Notes: a model not told the origin generated them from the letters alone. DNA of 64,000 nucleotides from Syntrophobacterales bacterium (GCA_050124835.1 JASFEM010000004.1:3588-67587); one strand, 5' to 3'. Positions 10,071-19,921 are shown, counted from the first letter of the stretch. Numbers and translations: made by a program.

Positions 10071-11225
10071 ATGACCCTACCCGTTACCGGGCCCATTCGC
10101 ATTCTTGTTGTGGATGATGACCTGCAAATCTTGATGCTATACAAGAAAACCCTCTGTCCTGAACCCAGTGCTAACAACTTCGATCTCACCCTTTGCCAGC
10201 AGGCAGAGGAGGCTGTTGAGGCTGTCCGAGCCGCTGTTGAGGGTGAAAACCCTTTCGCCGTGGCTTTCCTCGATGTAAGAATGCCTCCGGGTCCTGATGG
10301 TGTGTGGGTGGCAGAGCAAATCCGGGCGTTAGATCCCTACACAGAAATAGTGATGGTAACAGGCTATTCAGATACCACACCGGATGAAATCGCTGGCCGT
10401 GTTCCACCAGCTGATAAGTTGCTTTATTTACAAAAGCCCTTCCACAATCACGAAATCCACCACTTTGCCTCGGCACTGGGCTCCAAATGGCGTGGGGAGC
10501 GAGAGTTGCGAAAAATTTACAGCAATTTGGAAGGACTGTTTGAACAAAGAACAAGGGACTTGATTAAGCTCAACGAGCAATTAAAAACCGATATCACCAA
10601 GCGCGAAAATGCTGAAGAAGAGGTGCAAACTACTTTGGCAAAACTGCGAAGGGCCATGGGAGGGGTCATCCAAGCCATGGCATTGACAGTGGAGAGGAGG
10701 GATCCTTACACTGCAGGGCACCAACGTCGCGTGGCTGATCTCGCTCGCGGCGTGGCCGCCGAAATGGGGCTGCCAACCCACCAGATCGACGGCATTCGCA
10801 TGGCCGGCTTGATTCATGATCTTGGCAAGATCTGTGTCCCAGCCGAGATTCTGAGTAAGCCCGGCAGACTGACTGAAATCGAACACACTTTGATCAAGGA
10901 TCATCCCCAGGTCGGCTTCGACATATTGAAGGAAATAGAGTTTCCCTGGCCTGTTGCTCAAATCGTTCTTCAACATCACGAAAGGATTGATGGTTCAGGA
11001 TATCCGTCAGGTCTGACTGCAAATGACATTATACTGGAGGCAAAGACTTTAGCGGTAGCTGACGTGGTTGAGGCCATGGCTTCCCACAGACCCTACCGAC
11101 CGACTTTGGGACGAGAGATGGCCCTCAAGGAAATTTCAAAAAATAGAGGCGTGTTGTATGATCCAGATGTGGTAGATGCCTGCTTGAGACTATTGAAAGA
11201 GAAAGGTTTTCAGTTCAGGCAATAG
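10071..11225 (+). CDS. response regulator with HD-GYP phosphodiesterase output (REC, coiled coil, HD-GYP)
   Basis: Receiver aspartate context is AFLDVRMPP. The HD-GYP motifs HDLGKI and HHERIDGSGYP are present. Confidence 0.85.
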   Translation: MTLPVTGPIRILVVDDDLQILMLYKKTLCPEPSANNFDLTLCQQAEEAVEAVRAAVEGENPFAVAFLDVRMPPGPDGVWVAEQIRALDPYTEIVMVTGYSDTTPDEIAGRVPPADKLLYLQKPFHNHEIHHFASALGSKWRGERELRKIYSNLEGLFEQRTRDLIKLNEQLKTDITKRENAEEEVQTTLAKLRRAMGGVIQAMALTVERRDPYTAGHQRRVADLARGVAAEMGLPTHQIDGIRMAGLIHDLGKICVPAEILSKPGRLTEIEHTLIKDHPQVGFDILKEIEFPWPVAQIVLQHHERIDGSGYPSGLTANDIILEAKTLAVADVVEAMASHRPYRPTLGREMALKEISKNRGVLYDPDVVDACLRLLKEKGFQFRQ

Positions 11226-11519
11226 CAAAGCGGTTCCACCAGCCGCAACAGACAGCTGGCAGGGACCTTAGAGTAAAGCACCATACTATCTTTGCTTATG
11301 ATCATATTTTAGATTATTCTCTTTTACCCCAGAAATATTCGCGCTCGATTTCCGCCCACTCCCCACCGGTAGCAAGTTTTGTTTTGCTCAAGCAAACCTT
11401 TTTTGTATTAAGCAAACAAGAGTTGGTGTAAAATTAAGTGTGATGTTACCGTATAGGTAGGTTCGCCAATGGAGCTGGGAACCTTTGGCTCATAACCCCT
11501 TGTGATGTGAGGAGAAAAG

Positions 11520-12122
11520 ATGAGGCGGTCTCAAGATGACATTACTTTGGATGTCAAGGCTCTCAAACTGGGCACCAAGGTTCGAGAACTGCGGCAAAAA
11601 AAGCACTATACCCTGCAGGATGTTGCTGGCAAGACAGGCTTGTCCAAACCTTTTCTGTCACAGATCGAAAATGATCACGTGGTTCCTCCCGTGGCTACCC
11701 TGCTCAAGCTAGCCAGGGCCTTTAATGTGGGTCTGGCCCACTTCTTTCAAGATGAGGTGGGGATCGACAAAATATCTATCACCAGGCGCAAAGAAAGGGT
11801 CAGAGTGGAAAAGCGGCCTCACCACCGCAAAGGCGAAGTGAATTATGTGTATGAGGCCCTGGACACCAAAAAGACCAACAAACAGATGGAACCTTTCCTG
11901 GTGGAATTTCCTGTGCAGGACACCAGTGAAATGGTCTTCGTAAACCATGAGGGAGAGGAATTCCTGCACGTGCTCGATGGCACGCTAGAATTTCGCAGCG
12001 TAGATCGGGTGGAAGTACTCGAAGCTGGGGATAGTATCTACTTTGAATCGGAACTGAGTCACAGCTTTCGTTGCCTCGGGGAAAAACCAGCTAGAGCTAT
12101 CGTGGTGGTCTGGAACGGTTAG
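11520..12122 (+). CDS. XRE-family HTH transcriptional regulator with C-terminal cupin domain
   Basis: HTH region YTLQDVAGKTGLSKPFLSQIEN, with a cupin-like beta region in the C-terminal half. Confidence 0.7.
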   Translation: MRRSQDDITLDVKALKLGTKVRELRQKKHYTLQDVAGKTGLSKPFLSQIENDHVVPPVATLLKLARAFNVGLAHFFQDEVGIDKISITRRKERVRVEKRPHHRKGEVNYVYEALDTKKTNKQMEPFLVEFPVQDTSEMVFVNHEGEEFLHVLDGTLEFRSVDRVEVLEAGDSIYFESELSHSFRCLGEKPARAIVVVWNG

Positions 12123-12214
12123 GTATTGGGTATGCGTTTTGCAACCCATACTGGCTGAAGTCCAATGGCAATATCGACCGGTTTGTTTTTACCCATTAAC
12201 AGGACTAGACCTTC

Positions 12215-12778
12215 ATGATAGAAATCCGCTTCCATGGACGTGGCGGTCAGGGCACGGTCGTGGCCACAATTCTCCTGGCAAAAGCCTTTTTCCAGGACGG
12301 TTACTACGTGCAAAGTTTTCCTCTCTTTGGGGTTGAGAGGCGCGGGGCTCCGGTTGAGGCCTATCTGCGACTTGATCGCAAAGAGATCCTGATTAGGACC
12401 AACGTCTACACCCCAGACCATGTGGTTGTGCTCGATGATACCCTCCTTGAAGGTGTTGACGTCACCTTTGGGTTGAAACCAGGTGGTTGGATTTTGCTTA
12501 ACAAGCCATCTCCTCCGGCCGATCTGGAACCATTCGCCGGCTTTAAGCTCGCCTTTGTTGACGCCACTCAAATCGCCCTAAAAAATGTGCTGGGAACTCG
12601 TACCCATCCCATTGTCAATACAGCGATGATGGGTGGTCTTGCCCGCGTTTTGGGCATGCCCGCAATGACTGCCATAGCGGGGGCCATCCGTAATGAGGTG
12701 CCAAGTAAGCCGAAAGCAAACATAAAGGCAGCTGAGATGGCTTACAAGCGAGTCAGGGTGCTGGAGGCTAGCGAATAG
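12215..12778 (+). CDS. porG: pyruvate:ferredoxin oxidoreductase gamma subunit
   Basis: The N-terminus IEIRFHGRGGQGTVVATILLAKAFF is diagnostic for PorG. Confidence 0.8.
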   Translation: MIEIRFHGRGGQGTVVATILLAKAFFQDGYYVQSFPLFGVERRGAPVEAYLRLDRKEILIRTNVYTPDHVVVLDDTLLEGVDVTFGLKPGGWILLNKPSPPADLEPFAGFKLAFVDATQIALKNVLGTRTHPIVNTAMMGGLARVLGMPAMTAIAGAIRNEVPSKPKANIKAAEMAYKRVRVLEASE

Positions 12779-12792
12779 CGAGAATAAAAAAT

Positions 12793-14562
12793 ATGGCCAC
12801 ACAAAAAGCACAGACGAACACTGCTCCTTTGCTCATTCCATGTTCCTATCTCACTACTGAGAGCAACAAGACTGGAACCTGGCGGTTTCTCAGGCCGCAG
12901 TATGAAGAAAAAACCGCCCCCTGTAGCGCTGCGTGTCCGGCTGGCGTGGATATCCCTCGCGTTGAGATGCTGACAGCACAGGGCTTATTTAAAGAGGCTT
13001 GGGAGACTATTTTGGCCGAAAACCCGTTTCCCGGTATTTGCGGGCGTGTCTGTTACCACCCGTGTGAACAATACTGCAACAGAAAAGAATTTGACGAACC
13101 TGTTGCAATTCATACTCTGGAACGTTTTCTCGCAGATACAGCACATCGCTACGAACTGAAGCCTACTCTGGAGAAGCTTCCGGAAAAAAGACAAAAGCTC
13201 GCTATCATAGGTTCTGGCCCCAGTGGTCTTGCAGCTGCCTATTTCCTGGCTCGGCTGGGTTACCAAGCTGACATATTTGAGGCCTTGACCGAGCCGGGCG
13301 GTGTTCTCCGCTGGGGTATCCCCGTCTACCGACTGCCAGTTGACATCTTGGAGAAGGAGATCGTGCAAATCCAGGAACTCGGAGTCCGCATCCGCTGCGG
13401 CAAATTTGTCTCTCAACAATTTATCGAAGAATTAAAGGATGACTACGACGGCATTTTTCTGGGATGTGGTCATGCCCAAAGTCTTCCTCTCAGCATTCCC
13501 GGCGATGATTTGCATGGGGTGGAAGACGGCCTCCAATTCCTCGGGAAGATCCGCCGGGGTCAGGTTCCGCAGTTGCACGGTACCGCAGCCGTCATTGGCG
13601 GAGGTAATACCGCCATAGATACCGCCCGTTCGGCGGCCCGACTGGGTGTTAAGGTCCTTCTGATCTACCGGAGGAGGCGCCAGGACATGCCTGCCTTCCA
13701 TGAAGAGGTGGAAATGGCCCAGGAAGAGGGTGTCGAAATCTGGGAATTGCAGACACCTGTTGAGATAGAACCCAAGGACGGGGATCTTCTCGTCACTTTA
13801 CAAAGGATGCGGACCATCGAAGAGGACTCCCAGGGGAGAGCCCGAATTCAACCTGACTCCAACAAGAGGCAAGAGATTCGTGTCCAGCATCTCTTCAAAG
13901 CGATCGGCGCGTCAGCCGCGGAACGCTGGTACGACCCTCCAAAAAAAGGGCGTGGCGTGCTGCGGTTGAGCAATTGCGTCCTGGTTCCCCAATCCAAGTC
14001 CGCCGTTCTTGTCTATGGGGGTGATCTGGTGGCGAATATCAAGAGCGTGGTGCACGCGGTCGCTTCAGGTAAACAGGCTGCCGTGGCTTTCGACACCCTT
14101 TTCAAGGACGGTGTGGCTAGTATTGAATCCACGCTTCAGGCAGGGTTTGTGGGTGAGGGGCCAGCAATTTCCATGGAGATCCACCTGGGTGGACCTCGCT
14201 CCCAACGCAACCATCGTACCGTCCACTACGAGGACCTAAACAGCGACTACTTCAGATTCTCTCCCAGAATTATCGAGCCCCGCCTGTTGCGTGAGGAACG
14301 TCTTCAGTCCTTCGGAGAAATCAATCTCAAGATTGGCGCCAGTCTGGCTATTCGTGAAGCAGAACGTTGCTTCAATTGCGGCATCTGCAACCAGTGCGAT
14401 AACTGTAGACTCTTCTGTCCGGACATCGCCGTAATGCGCGATGACAATCCCAAAGGTCGTCATATCAACTATGACTATTGCAAGGGGTGTGGTCTTTGTG
14501 TAGTGGAATGTCCTCGCAATGCCATGACGTTAGGGGAGGAACGGCTATGCAACAAGTCCTAG
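12793..14562 (+). CDS. fusion protein: GltD-like NAD(P)H/FAD oxidoreductase plus PorD-type 2x[4Fe-4S] ferredoxin (delta subunit)
   Basis: The N-terminal Cys-rich region (CSAACPAGVD..., CGRVCYHPCEQYC) and the dinucleotide fold LAIIGSGPSGLAAAYFL plus a second GGGNTAID match the glutamate-synthase small-chain family. The C-terminal CFNCGICNQCDNCRLFCP...CKGCGLCVVECP gives two ferredoxin CxxCxxCxxxCP motifs as in PorD. Confidence 0.7.
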   Translation: MATQKAQTNTAPLLIPCSYLTTESNKTGTWRFLRPQYEEKTAPCSAACPAGVDIPRVEMLTAQGLFKEAWETILAENPFPGICGRVCYHPCEQYCNRKEFDEPVAIHTLERFLADTAHRYELKPTLEKLPEKRQKLAIIGSGPSGLAAAYFLARLGYQADIFEALTEPGGVLRWGIPVYRLPVDILEKEIVQIQELGVRIRCGKFVSQQFIEELKDDYDGIFLGCGHAQSLPLSIPGDDLHGVEDGLQFLGKIRRGQVPQLHGTAAVIGGGNTAIDTARSAARLGVKVLLIYRRRRQDMPAFHEEVEMAQEEGVEIWELQTPVEIEPKDGDLLVTLQRMRTIEEDSQGRARIQPDSNKRQEIRVQHLFKAIGASAAERWYDPPKKGRGVLRLSNCVLVPQSKSAVLVYGGDLVANIKSVVHAVASGKQAAVAFDTLFKDGVASIESTLQAGFVGEGPAISMEIHLGGPRSQRNHRTVHYEDLNSDYFRFSPRIIEPRLLREERLQSFGEINLKIGASLAIREAERCFNCGICNQCDNCRLFCPDIAVMRDDNPKGRHINYDYCKGCGLCVVECPRNAMTLGEERLCNKS

Positions 14563-15728
14563 AGGGAAGCCACGCCGTCGCAGAAGCGGTGCGCTTGGCC
14601 AGAGCTCAGGTGATATCCGCTTACCCCATAACCCCACAGACCCATATTGTGGAGCGGCTCTCAGAATACTGTGCTGACGGCACCTTGGATGCGAGGTACT
14701 TGCGGGTGGAGAGTGAACATTCAGCCTTGGCTGCTCTAATAGGTGCCGCCAGCAGTGGGGTGAGGACCTTTACCGCCACTTCATCCCAGGGGTTGGCCTT
14801 GATGCATGAACTTCTCCACTGGGCCTCGGGAGCAAGACTTCCCATTGTCATGGCGGAAGTGAACCGAGCCATGGCCCCAGGCTGGAATATTTGGGCCGAC
14901 CAGACCGATAGTCTGGCCCAGCGCGACACAGGCTGGATCCAGCTATACTGTGAAGACGGCCAGGAGGTTCTGGACACCACCATCCAGGCTTATCGCCTGG
15001 CCGAATGGGTTAACTTGCCAGTCATGGTAGTCCTGGATGCCTTCTTCCTCTCCCACACCTATGAACCTGTGGATGTCCCTGATCAAGAAGCCGCCGACCG
15101 GTTCCTACCGCCCTATCAACCCAGGTTTATGCTGGATCTTGAAAATCCCTGCGCTTTCAGCCAGCTGGCTCCTCCCAACATTTATATGGAAATGCGCTAC
15201 AACATTCAAACAGCCATGGATGAATCCTTGGCCTACTTCGACCAGATGGAAACTGAATTCGAGGGGATTTTCGGCCGGCGTCACGGTGCGGTTGAGGCAA
15301 TCCAGTGCGAGGACGCAGAGGTCATTCTGATTACCTCCGGAACGGTGACCAGTACCAGTCGGCAGGTCGTCGCTGATCTACGCCACAAAGGTGAAAAGGT
15401 TGGACTCTTGAAAATCAAACTTTTCCGCCCTTTTCCACTGAGTCGAATCAGGGAGCTTACTGGGACCGCCAGTAAACTTGCGGTCATCGACCGCAATTTT
15501 TCCTTCGGTGCCAGCGGCATCTTTGCCCAGGAAATACGGGCGGCTCTTTGTAATCTTCCCGCACACCCCCCAGTCTATGGTTACATTGCAGGACTTGGTG
15601 GTCGTGATGTTACCACAGAGGTCATAGAGAATATTTATTACCTCACGAAGAACAGTACGGCTCCCCAACAGGAGAGCGTCTGGGTGGGGCTCCACGAGGT
15701 AAATCATGCAATTGGACACCCTAGATAG
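14547..15728 (+). CDS. porA: pyruvate:ferredoxin oxidoreductase alpha subunit
   Basis: MQQVLEGSHAVAEAVRLARAQVISAYPITPQT is the canonical PorA start. GGGGAGGA at 14532-14539 is a good RBS for the ATG at 14547, 16 nt inside the upstream gene. The ORF track extends further upstream in frame. Confidence 0.8.
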   Translation: MQQVLEGSHAVAEAVRLARAQVISAYPITPQTHIVERLSEYCADGTLDARYLRVESEHSALAALIGAASSGVRTFTATSSQGLALMHELLHWASGARLPIVMAEVNRAMAPGWNIWADQTDSLAQRDTGWIQLYCEDGQEVLDTTIQAYRLAEWVNLPVMVVLDAFFLSHTYEPVDVPDQEAADRFLPPYQPRFMLDLENPCAFSQLAPPNIYMEMRYNIQTAMDESLAYFDQMETEFEGIFGRRHGAVEAIQCEDAEVILITSGTVTSTSRQVVADLRHKGEKVGLLKIKLFRPFPLSRIRELTGTASKLAVIDRNFSFGASGIFAQEIRAALCNLPAHPPVYGYIAGLGGRDVTTEVIENIYYLTKNSTAPQQESVWVGLHEVNHAIGHPR

Positions 15729-16596
15729 AGAATACATGTATTCGGGACATGTCGGCTGCCCAGGCTGCGGTGCCGCCATCGCCATGCGCTTCCTTCTTAA
15801 AGCTCTCGGTGATAAGACAATCATGATCATTCCAGCCTGCTGCTGGTCCATCATTGCCGGGCCCTACCCCCAGTCGACTCTAAAAATTCCGGTGCTCCAC
15901 ACCGCCTTTGAAACCGGGGGTGCCGTAGCCAGCGGCGTTCGGGCTGCCCAGGATGTTAAAGGGGACACTGAGACCACCGTGGTCACTTGGGCAGGAGATG
16001 GCGGCACCTTCGATATCGGGTTCCAAGCACTGAGTGGCGCCGTTGAACGCAACGAGAACTTCATCTACGTCTGCTATGACAACGAAGCCTATATGAATAC
16101 GGGCGTGCAACGCAGCTCCTCTACCCCCTACGGCGCCTGGACCACCACTACACCGGGCCAGCACTGGAAAAGATTGCGCAAGAAAAATATCGTCGAAGCC
16201 CTGGGGGCTCACCGTATTCCTTACGCCGCCACGGCTTCCATCGCCTTCCCGGAAGATCTGGTTCGCAAGACCCAGAAGGCAAAGGGTATGACCGGGTCCA
16301 GATTCATTCATATCTTTTCCAGCTGCCCCACCGGCTGGGGTATGCCATCGGAGATGTCAGTCAAGATTGCACGAATGGCGGTTCAGACGAACATCTTTCC
16401 CCTCTATGAGGTTGAGAAAGGCACTCGCTATACCATAAATTACACCCCAAAAGGTTATCTGGTGAACGAATACTTCCGTCTCCAGGGCCGCTTCAAACAT
16501 TTGACCGAGGAGGATCTTGAAGAGATTCAGCAGATGGTCGATGAGGACTGGAAGCTGCTGCTCCGAAAGGCGGGGGTTTCACCAGAGATGATTTGA
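15706..16596 (+). CDS. porB: pyruvate:ferredoxin oxidoreductase beta subunit (TPP-binding)
   Basis: The cluster-ligand cysteines GHVGCPGCGAA and the TPP-binding GDG motif (WAGDGGTFDIGF) are present. Confidence 0.8.
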   Translation: MQLDTLDREYMYSGHVGCPGCGAAIAMRFLLKALGDKTIMIIPACCWSIIAGPYPQSTLKIPVLHTAFETGGAVASGVRAAQDVKGDTETTVVTWAGDGGTFDIGFQALSGAVERNENFIYVCYDNEAYMNTGVQRSSSTPYGAWTTTTPGQHWKRLRKKNIVEALGAHRIPYAATASIAFPEDLVRKTQKAKGMTGSRFIHIFSSCPTGWGMPSEMSVKIARMAVQTNIFPLYEVEKGTRYTINYTPKGYLVNEYFRLQGRFKHLTEEDLEEIQQMVDEDWKLLLRKAGVSPEMI

Positions 16597-16727
16597 TTTA
16601 CGCTGGTCTTGGCTGTCGCATACTATGCCAAGTGTTTTGGAAGTGATTTGCTCACTTAGAGAAAATAATTTATGATTGATCTCTCTGGCTATCACGTTTT
16701 AGATCTGCTTTGGTGAATGGACGTGAC

Positions 16728-17174
16728 ATGAAACGAACGCGTATTTCCACTTTCTTGTTTTTTCCCCTCGTGATGCTACCCCTTTTATTGCCAACAAGCT
16801 CGGGTGCAGAGGATCCCATGAGGGGGCCCTGGGATTGGCCAACAAAAAGGCCAGCCGCCGAAAGAAAACAAGTAAAACCGACTGCAGCTGCAAGCTTTTT
16901 CACATCCATGCTCACCTTTTTTCAGACGGTGATTTCCCCAGTGGACGGGGATCGCTGCCCGAGCTATCCCACCTGCGCTGCCTATAGCAAGGAAGCTTAC
17001 GAAAAGCATGGGGCACTTATCGGCACGTTTATGACCGTGGACCGACTTTTCCATGAGGCCTCTGAGGCTGAGTTCTCACCGACGGTGGAGGTCTACGGCG
17101 TACCCCGTATCTATGATCCGGTATCAGCCAATGAATACTGGAAAAAGGACCGCAAGGAACAACCGGCTAAATAG
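16728..17174 (+). CDS. YidD-like (DUF37) membrane protein insertion efficiency factor homolog with N-terminal signal/TM segment
   Basis: FFQTVISPVDGDRCPSYPTCAAYSKEAYEKHGALIG parallels the YidD core (FYQ..ISP..CRFTPTCSEYA..HG). The start is taken at MKRTRIS. Confidence 0.5.
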   Translation: MKRTRISTFLFFPLVMLPLLLPTSSGAEDPMRGPWDWPTKRPAAERKQVKPTAAASFFTSMLTFFQTVISPVDGDRCPSYPTCAAYSKEAYEKHGALIGTFMTVDRLFHEASEAEFSPTVEVYGVPRIYDPVSANEYWKKDRKEQPAK

Positions 17175-17260
17175 ACTCACTCCAGAAACCCGTTGCTCTA
17201 TTCTCCCCAACCATCAATCAGCTTTTCTTTGCCCAAATAAATACTTTCCTCTGTGTTTAG

Positions 17261-17289
17261 TTGACATTGATGCAATTCAGTTGCATAAT
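17261..17289 (+). promoter_or_regulatory. sigma-70-type promoter TTGACA-N17-CATAAT with overlapping palindrome TGCAA-N5-TTGCA (candidate Zur operator) upstream of znuA
   Basis: TTGACA at 17261-17266, a 17-nt spacer, then CATAAT at 17284-17289. The inverted repeat TGCAATTCAGTTGCA at 17271-17285 spans the spacer and the -10 element. Confidence 0.45.
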
Positions 17290-17388
17290 TTAATCTAACT
17301 CAGTTGCTTCCTTTAAATCGCGGATCTTCTAGAACTCTAGCCCATTTGGACTTTGTCAACTATTGGCAGCATCAAATCTCTACACTCT

Positions 17389-18273
17389 ATGAAAAAGCTT
17401 CTTTCTTTAGGACTAATATCTCTGCTTCTCTTTGTTGCACAGTTAGCTTCCGCTGAACCAATAGAGGTATATGTGTCTATTCTGCCCCAGAAATACTTCG
17501 TAAATAAGATTGGCGCAGATCTGGTTGAAGTTTCCGTCATGGTTGAGCCCGGTGCCAGCCCGGCAACCTATGAGCCAAAACCTAAACAAATGGTCACACT
17601 AACAAAAGCCAAGATCTATTATGCTGTCGGGGTTCCATTCGAGAATGTTTGGTTGGCCAAAATTGCTGCCGCCAATCCTGAAATGATCATTGTTCACACC
17701 GAGACTGGCATCGAAAAAATGGTCATGAAATCACCTGGTCGTCATCTAGAAGGAGAGCACCAACAAGGGAATCACCACCATGGAATCAAGGATCCGCATG
17801 TGTGGCTTTCTCCTCCGCTCGTTATGCAGCAAGCAAGAAACATCCTTGACGGGCTGGTGGCGATAGATCCGGTTCACCAATCCATCTACGAAACCAATTA
17901 CAAAAAATTCATAATGGAGCTCGTTGACCTTGATTTAGAGCTTAAAAAAATATTTGCGGGTAGGGATAAGCAGATAGAATTCATGGTGTTCCACCCCTCC
18001 TGGGGCTATTTTGCTCGCGCTTATGGACTTGAGCAGATTCCAATTGAAGTGGAAGGGAAAGAACCCAAGCCTGCGGAACTTAAGGATCTCATCGATTACG
18101 CCAAAAAACGAGACATTAAGGTGATCTTTGTCCAACCTCAGTTCTCGCGGCAAGCTGCCCAAACAATCGCTCGATCGATAGGTGGACAGATTGCTTTTTT
18201 GGACCCGCTTGCTCCCGACTGGCCCCGTAACCTGCGTGAAGCAGCAAATAAGTTCAAAGCCGATTTGAGGTGA
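17389..18273 (+). CDS. znuA: zinc ABC transporter substrate-binding protein
   Basis: Signal peptide MKKLLSLGLISLLLFVAQLASA and a His-rich metal loop EGEHQQGNHHHGIKDPHVW, with the cluster-9 SBP fold pattern. Confidence 0.8.
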   Translation: MKKLLSLGLISLLLFVAQLASAEPIEVYVSILPQKYFVNKIGADLVEVSVMVEPGASPATYEPKPKQMVTLTKAKIYYAVGVPFENVWLAKIAAANPEMIIVHTETGIEKMVMKSPGRHLEGEHQQGNHHHGIKDPHVWLSPPLVMQQARNILDGLVAIDPVHQSIYETNYKKFIMELVDLDLELKKIFAGRDKQIEFMVFHPSWGYFARAYGLEQIPIEVEGKEPKPAELKDLIDYAKKRDIKVIFVQPQFSRQAAQTIARSIGGQIAFLDPLAPDWPRNLREAANKFKADLR

Positions 18274-18281
18274 GGTGTTCC

Positions 18282-19046
18282 ATGAGTGACCCAGTAATTG
18301 AGATCAAAGATCTCTGGTTTTCTTTCAACGCAATTCCAGTCCTGAAAGAGGTTAACCTCAGGGTGAATAGAGGGGATTTTGTGGCCCTTCTCGGGCCCAA
18401 TGGTGGTGGCAAGACCACCCTTCTCAAACTGATGCTTGGTCTCTTGAAGCCTGACCGGGGGAGCATACTTGTTTTTGGTGAGCCTCCGGGGGAAACTTCC
18501 CATCGCATCGGCTATACGCCCCAGCACGTCCATTTCAACCAGAGCTTTCCCATATCGGTCCTGGATGCGGTTCTCATGGGAAGGCTGCGGCCAGGAAGGG
18601 GCTGGTCCCGGTATACCCGGAAAGACAAAATGGCAGCTCAAAAGGCCCTAGAGCGGGTGGAAATGTGGGAATACCGAAATCGACGGATCGGGGAGCTTTC
18701 TGGAGGGCAGGCTCAGCGGATATTTATCGCCAGGGCGCTGGTGGATGAGCCAGAGGCTCTCTTCTTGGACGAACCAACCGCCAGTGTGGACACGAAGCAT
18801 CAGACCGATCTTTTTGATATTCTCAAAGAACTCAACGAGACCGTAACCATTCTTGTGGTCAGCCACGACGTCGGGATTGTTTCCACCCACGTCAAATCTG
18901 TTGCTTGTGTCAACCAGCAGGTCTTTAGTCACGACGACTCGGAAATCACCAAGGAGATGCTCGAGATGGCATATCAGTGCTGTCCAGTGGAACTGGTGGC
19001 GCACGGGCTACCCCATCGGGTCCTGCAAAAACATGAAGAAGAGTGA
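18282..19046 (+). CDS. znuC: zinc ABC transporter ATP-binding protein
   Basis: Walker A GPNGGGKTT, signature LSGGQAQR and Walker B LFLDEPTASVD. A GAGGTG RBS precedes it, and it abuts the znuA stop. Confidence 0.8.
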   Translation: MSDPVIEIKDLWFSFNAIPVLKEVNLRVNRGDFVALLGPNGGGKTTLLKLMLGLLKPDRGSILVFGEPPGETSHRIGYTPQHVHFNQSFPISVLDAVLMGRLRPGRGWSRYTRKDKMAAQKALERVEMWEYRNRRIGELSGGQAQRIFIARALVDEPEALFLDEPTASVDTKHQTDLFDILKELNETVTILVVSHDVGIVSTHVKSVACVNQQVFSHDDSEITKEMLEMAYQCCPVELVAHGLPHRVLQKHEEE

Positions 19047-19050
19047 GAGA

Positions 19051-19083
19051 GATTTGAGATTGCAGATTGCAGATTGCGGAGTT
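19051..19083. repeat. heptamer tandem array (AGATTGC)x4 in the znuC-znuB intergenic spacer
   Basis: The sequence reads AGATTTG AGATTGC AGATTGC AGATTGC GG. Confidence 0.8.
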
Positions 19084-19099
19084 TAAAGGATTTTATCAT

Positions 19100-19921
19100 A
19101 TGCTGGAACTGCTTCAGTTTGAGTTCATGAGAAATGCTCTTTTAGCCGGTCTTCTGGCAAGCATCGCTTGTGGGATCATCGGCACCTTCGTTGTCGTGAA
19201 TCGTATAGTATTCCTTTCTGGCGGCATCGCCCATGCTGCCTATGGCGGCATCGGTCTCGCATTCTTTTTTGGACTGCCCTACGTGGTGGGGACCATGGGT
19301 TTTGCCCTTCTCGTCGCCGTGGTGATGGCAACTGTCACCCTAAAAGCGAGACATCGCTCTGACACGATTATCGGGGTGCTCTGGGCTGTGGGGATGGCAC
19401 TTGGAGTCATTCTGCTCGATCTAGCGCCTGGATACAATGTGGATTTGATGAGCTTTCTCTTCGGCAGCATACTCACCGTACCCACGGTTGATCTTTGGTT
19501 CATGCTAGCCTTGGACAGTGTGATTCTCTTTGCGGTAGGTTACTTCTACAATGATTTTCTAGCCCTCTCCTACGACGAGGATTTTGCACAAGTTAGGGGT
19601 GTCCGCGTCAGGCTGCTATATTTTCTCCTCCTGGCCATGGTCGCTCTTTCCGTGGTAATGCTCATTCGGATCGTCGGGCTAATTCTAGTTATAGCGCTGC
19701 TGACAATTCCACCTTACATCGCAGAGAAGTACTGTGGATCGCTGAAAATTATGATGTCCATCTCTTTCATCCTGAGCGCCTCTTTTACCCTGGTCGGGCT
19801 GTACCTTTCTTACAAGTTCAATCTGACCTCGGGAGCGACCATCATCATCGTGGCAGGGGCGTGTTTTTTTATTTCCTTACTGGTGGAGTTTTTGAAGTCA
19901 AAAAGGCCGTTTTCCGCATGA
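19100..19921 (+). CDS. znuB: zinc ABC transporter permease
   Basis: Hydrophobic multi-TM protein of about 270 aa in the ABC-3 family, in operon context with znuAC. The start is taken at MLELLQFEF. Confidence 0.75.
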   Translation: MLELLQFEFMRNALLAGLLASIACGIIGTFVVVNRIVFLSGGIAHAAYGGIGLAFFFGLPYVVGTMGFALLVAVVMATVTLKARHRSDTIIGVLWAVGMALGVILLDLAPGYNVDLMSFLFGSILTVPTVDLWFMLALDSVILFAVGYFYNDFLALSYDEDFAQVRGVRVRLLYFLLLAMVALSVVMLIRIVGLILVIALLTIPPYIAEKYCGSLKIMMSISFILSASFTLVGLYLSYKFNLTSGATIIIVAGACFFISLLVEFLKSKRPFSA

